DNA of 64,000 nt. Source: Candidatus Bathyarchaeota archaeon. GTDB taxonomy: Archaea; Thermoproteota; Bathyarchaeia; Bathyarchaeales; Bathycorpusculaceae. The first letter of the stretch is position 1; every line of letters begins with the position of its first letter. The translations under genes and the position numbers were made by a program. The DNA is taken from assembly GCA_963811105.1 (NCBI GenBank), contig CAWEPZ010000009.1, positions 224,001-288,000 on the forward strand. Direction: 5' to 3'. The notes beneath the pieces were generated by a model. That model was not told the origin of the DNA. It did no database searches and was given only the letters and a program-made list of their open reading frames with translations. Below are positions 62,975 to 64,000 of this stretch, one piece after another.

Positions 62975-63167
62975 TAGCTTAAAACAGCTCTTGCAATAGT
63001 TGGTTGATCAGAAGCTCGGTTACTTCTTGTTCAGTACACTTATCGATTATTACGGTTTTCGATATATTACGTTTGCCATAGAAACCTTTATGTCTTCTTC
63101 TAGATAAATCGGATGTACTTATCACACGTTTGATAGGTAAAAAAGAGAGTAGGTACGGGTAAATCAA

Positions 63168-63602
63168 TTGCAAGTTAATGACTCAAGCAAGGCCTCAACT
63201 AAGAATCAATATGAATCCAAACTGGAAGCTCAAAAGAAATTGGTTGAGGAACTTAAGGTTCAATGGAAACTTATGTGGAGCGAACGCTTTAATGATCATG
63301 AAAAAGCTGAAGGCGTCTCGGTAGCTGACTATACATCCTTAAGTGTAGATCGTGGCACAGTCATACACGCGACTAGAGATTTTAAAGCCTTAAGTTTTAA
63401 GGAGATTGTAAAGCAACAAATAATTGACAACCCCGACCGTTTCCTTCAACCTGACAATCATGAAGGCGGCTGGAACAAATTTATAAAAACAAAAATCACC
63501 AACAATCCCACCAAAAGCAGGCGTGCTGAAAGTTATATTCCTGTCAAAAATGTCGGTCAACAGCCTAAGAAAGGTGGGCGTGGCTGGCTTCATTCAGTTT
63601 AA
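63168..63602 (+). CDS. hypothetical protein
   Basis: Clean 144-aa ORF with Trp-containing motifs (QWKLMWSERFND, GGWNKF, GRGWLH). Confidence 0.7.
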   Translation: MQVNDSSKASTKNQYESKLEAQKKLVEELKVQWKLMWSERFNDHEKAEGVSVADYTSLSVDRGTVIHATRDFKALSFKEIVKQQIIDNPDRFLQPDNHEGGWNKFIKTKITNNPTKSRRAESYIPVKNVGQQPKKGGRGWLHSV

Positions 63603-63685
63603 TTATGTTTTACTTGCCTTAATTCGTTTTTAAATTCCTCTCAATTCTGTTTTTGAAGCTTGAAAAAGGCATGTTAGAATAAATT
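63601..63685 (+). ncRNA. candidate 3'-UTR hairpin with CU-rich loop
   Basis: TGCCTT/AAGGCA core extended by AU/GU pairs; loop contains TTCCTCTC. Confidence 0.3.
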
Positions 63686-64000
63686 GGGGGTGAGTTCGTA
63701 TTATTACTGATAACAACGTTTATTAAAACTTGCTACTCACGATTGTTTTATGGTCGAGATAAAAGTTCCAATCACCGCAGGGTTATCACTGCTTGTTACA
63801 ATCTCCCCTCACATTCGTAATCGTAGGATTACTTGCGCAATAAAAATTATTTCCTGCCATCGGAGTCTTTTGCTCGCCAGATGTCAGCATTTTTAATAAT
63901 ACCCCAGCAACCGTACTTGCACGTCCATTAATTGGGGGTCTCTTAAAGCCGGTACCAATGCACTAATACGATCTGTGTGAAAATACAGGCATTTTGACTG

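Noticed and set aside
63750-63965. Hairpin with CTCCCCTC loop at about 63776-63835
   Set aside because: It lies inside what reads as a decayed membrane-protein gene (MVEIKVPITAGLSLLVTI...LTFVIVGLLAQ), so the pairing may be incidental. Not counted as a member of the hairpin class.
1-64000. tRNA, rRNA, SRP or RNase P genes; provirus
   Set aside because: No cloverleaf/T-loop signatures, long GC-rich RNA segments, integrase or capsid genes recognised by eye. A tRNAscan-SE/Infernal run would be the definitive check.

Overview
64 kb of archaeal chromosome. Gene content and order suggest TACK, most likely Bathyarchaeia (inferred from the aIF-1A/RIO1/KH cluster, the aIF-2beta-DUF424/coiled-coil-DUF373-uppS cluster, archaeal DnaG, Trm1 and PolB3). 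Housekeeping blocks alternate with small accessory patches holding two intact IS5-family elements, many decayed gene remnants and small Cys-rich proteins. I found no rRNA, tRNA or CRISPR array. Several otherwise intact genes (sdhA, fumC/aspA, alkA, parB-like) carry single indels, probably assembly errors. The most interesting signals are: (1) recurrent intergenic or 3'-UTR long hairpins with CU-rich, anti-Shine-Dalgarno-like loops; (2) a PolB3-type polymerase with intact polymerase motifs but apparently dead 3'-5' exonuclease motifs; (3) probable non-canonical start codons (ACG in dnaG, ATA in a wHTH gene); (4) a Pro/Glu protein built from eight perfect 45-bp repeats; (5) an orphan nurA-herA pair; (6) a stand-alone DCD-like protein; (7) sdhAB without membrane anchors. 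All calls come from manual motif recognition and hand-folding; no searches were run.
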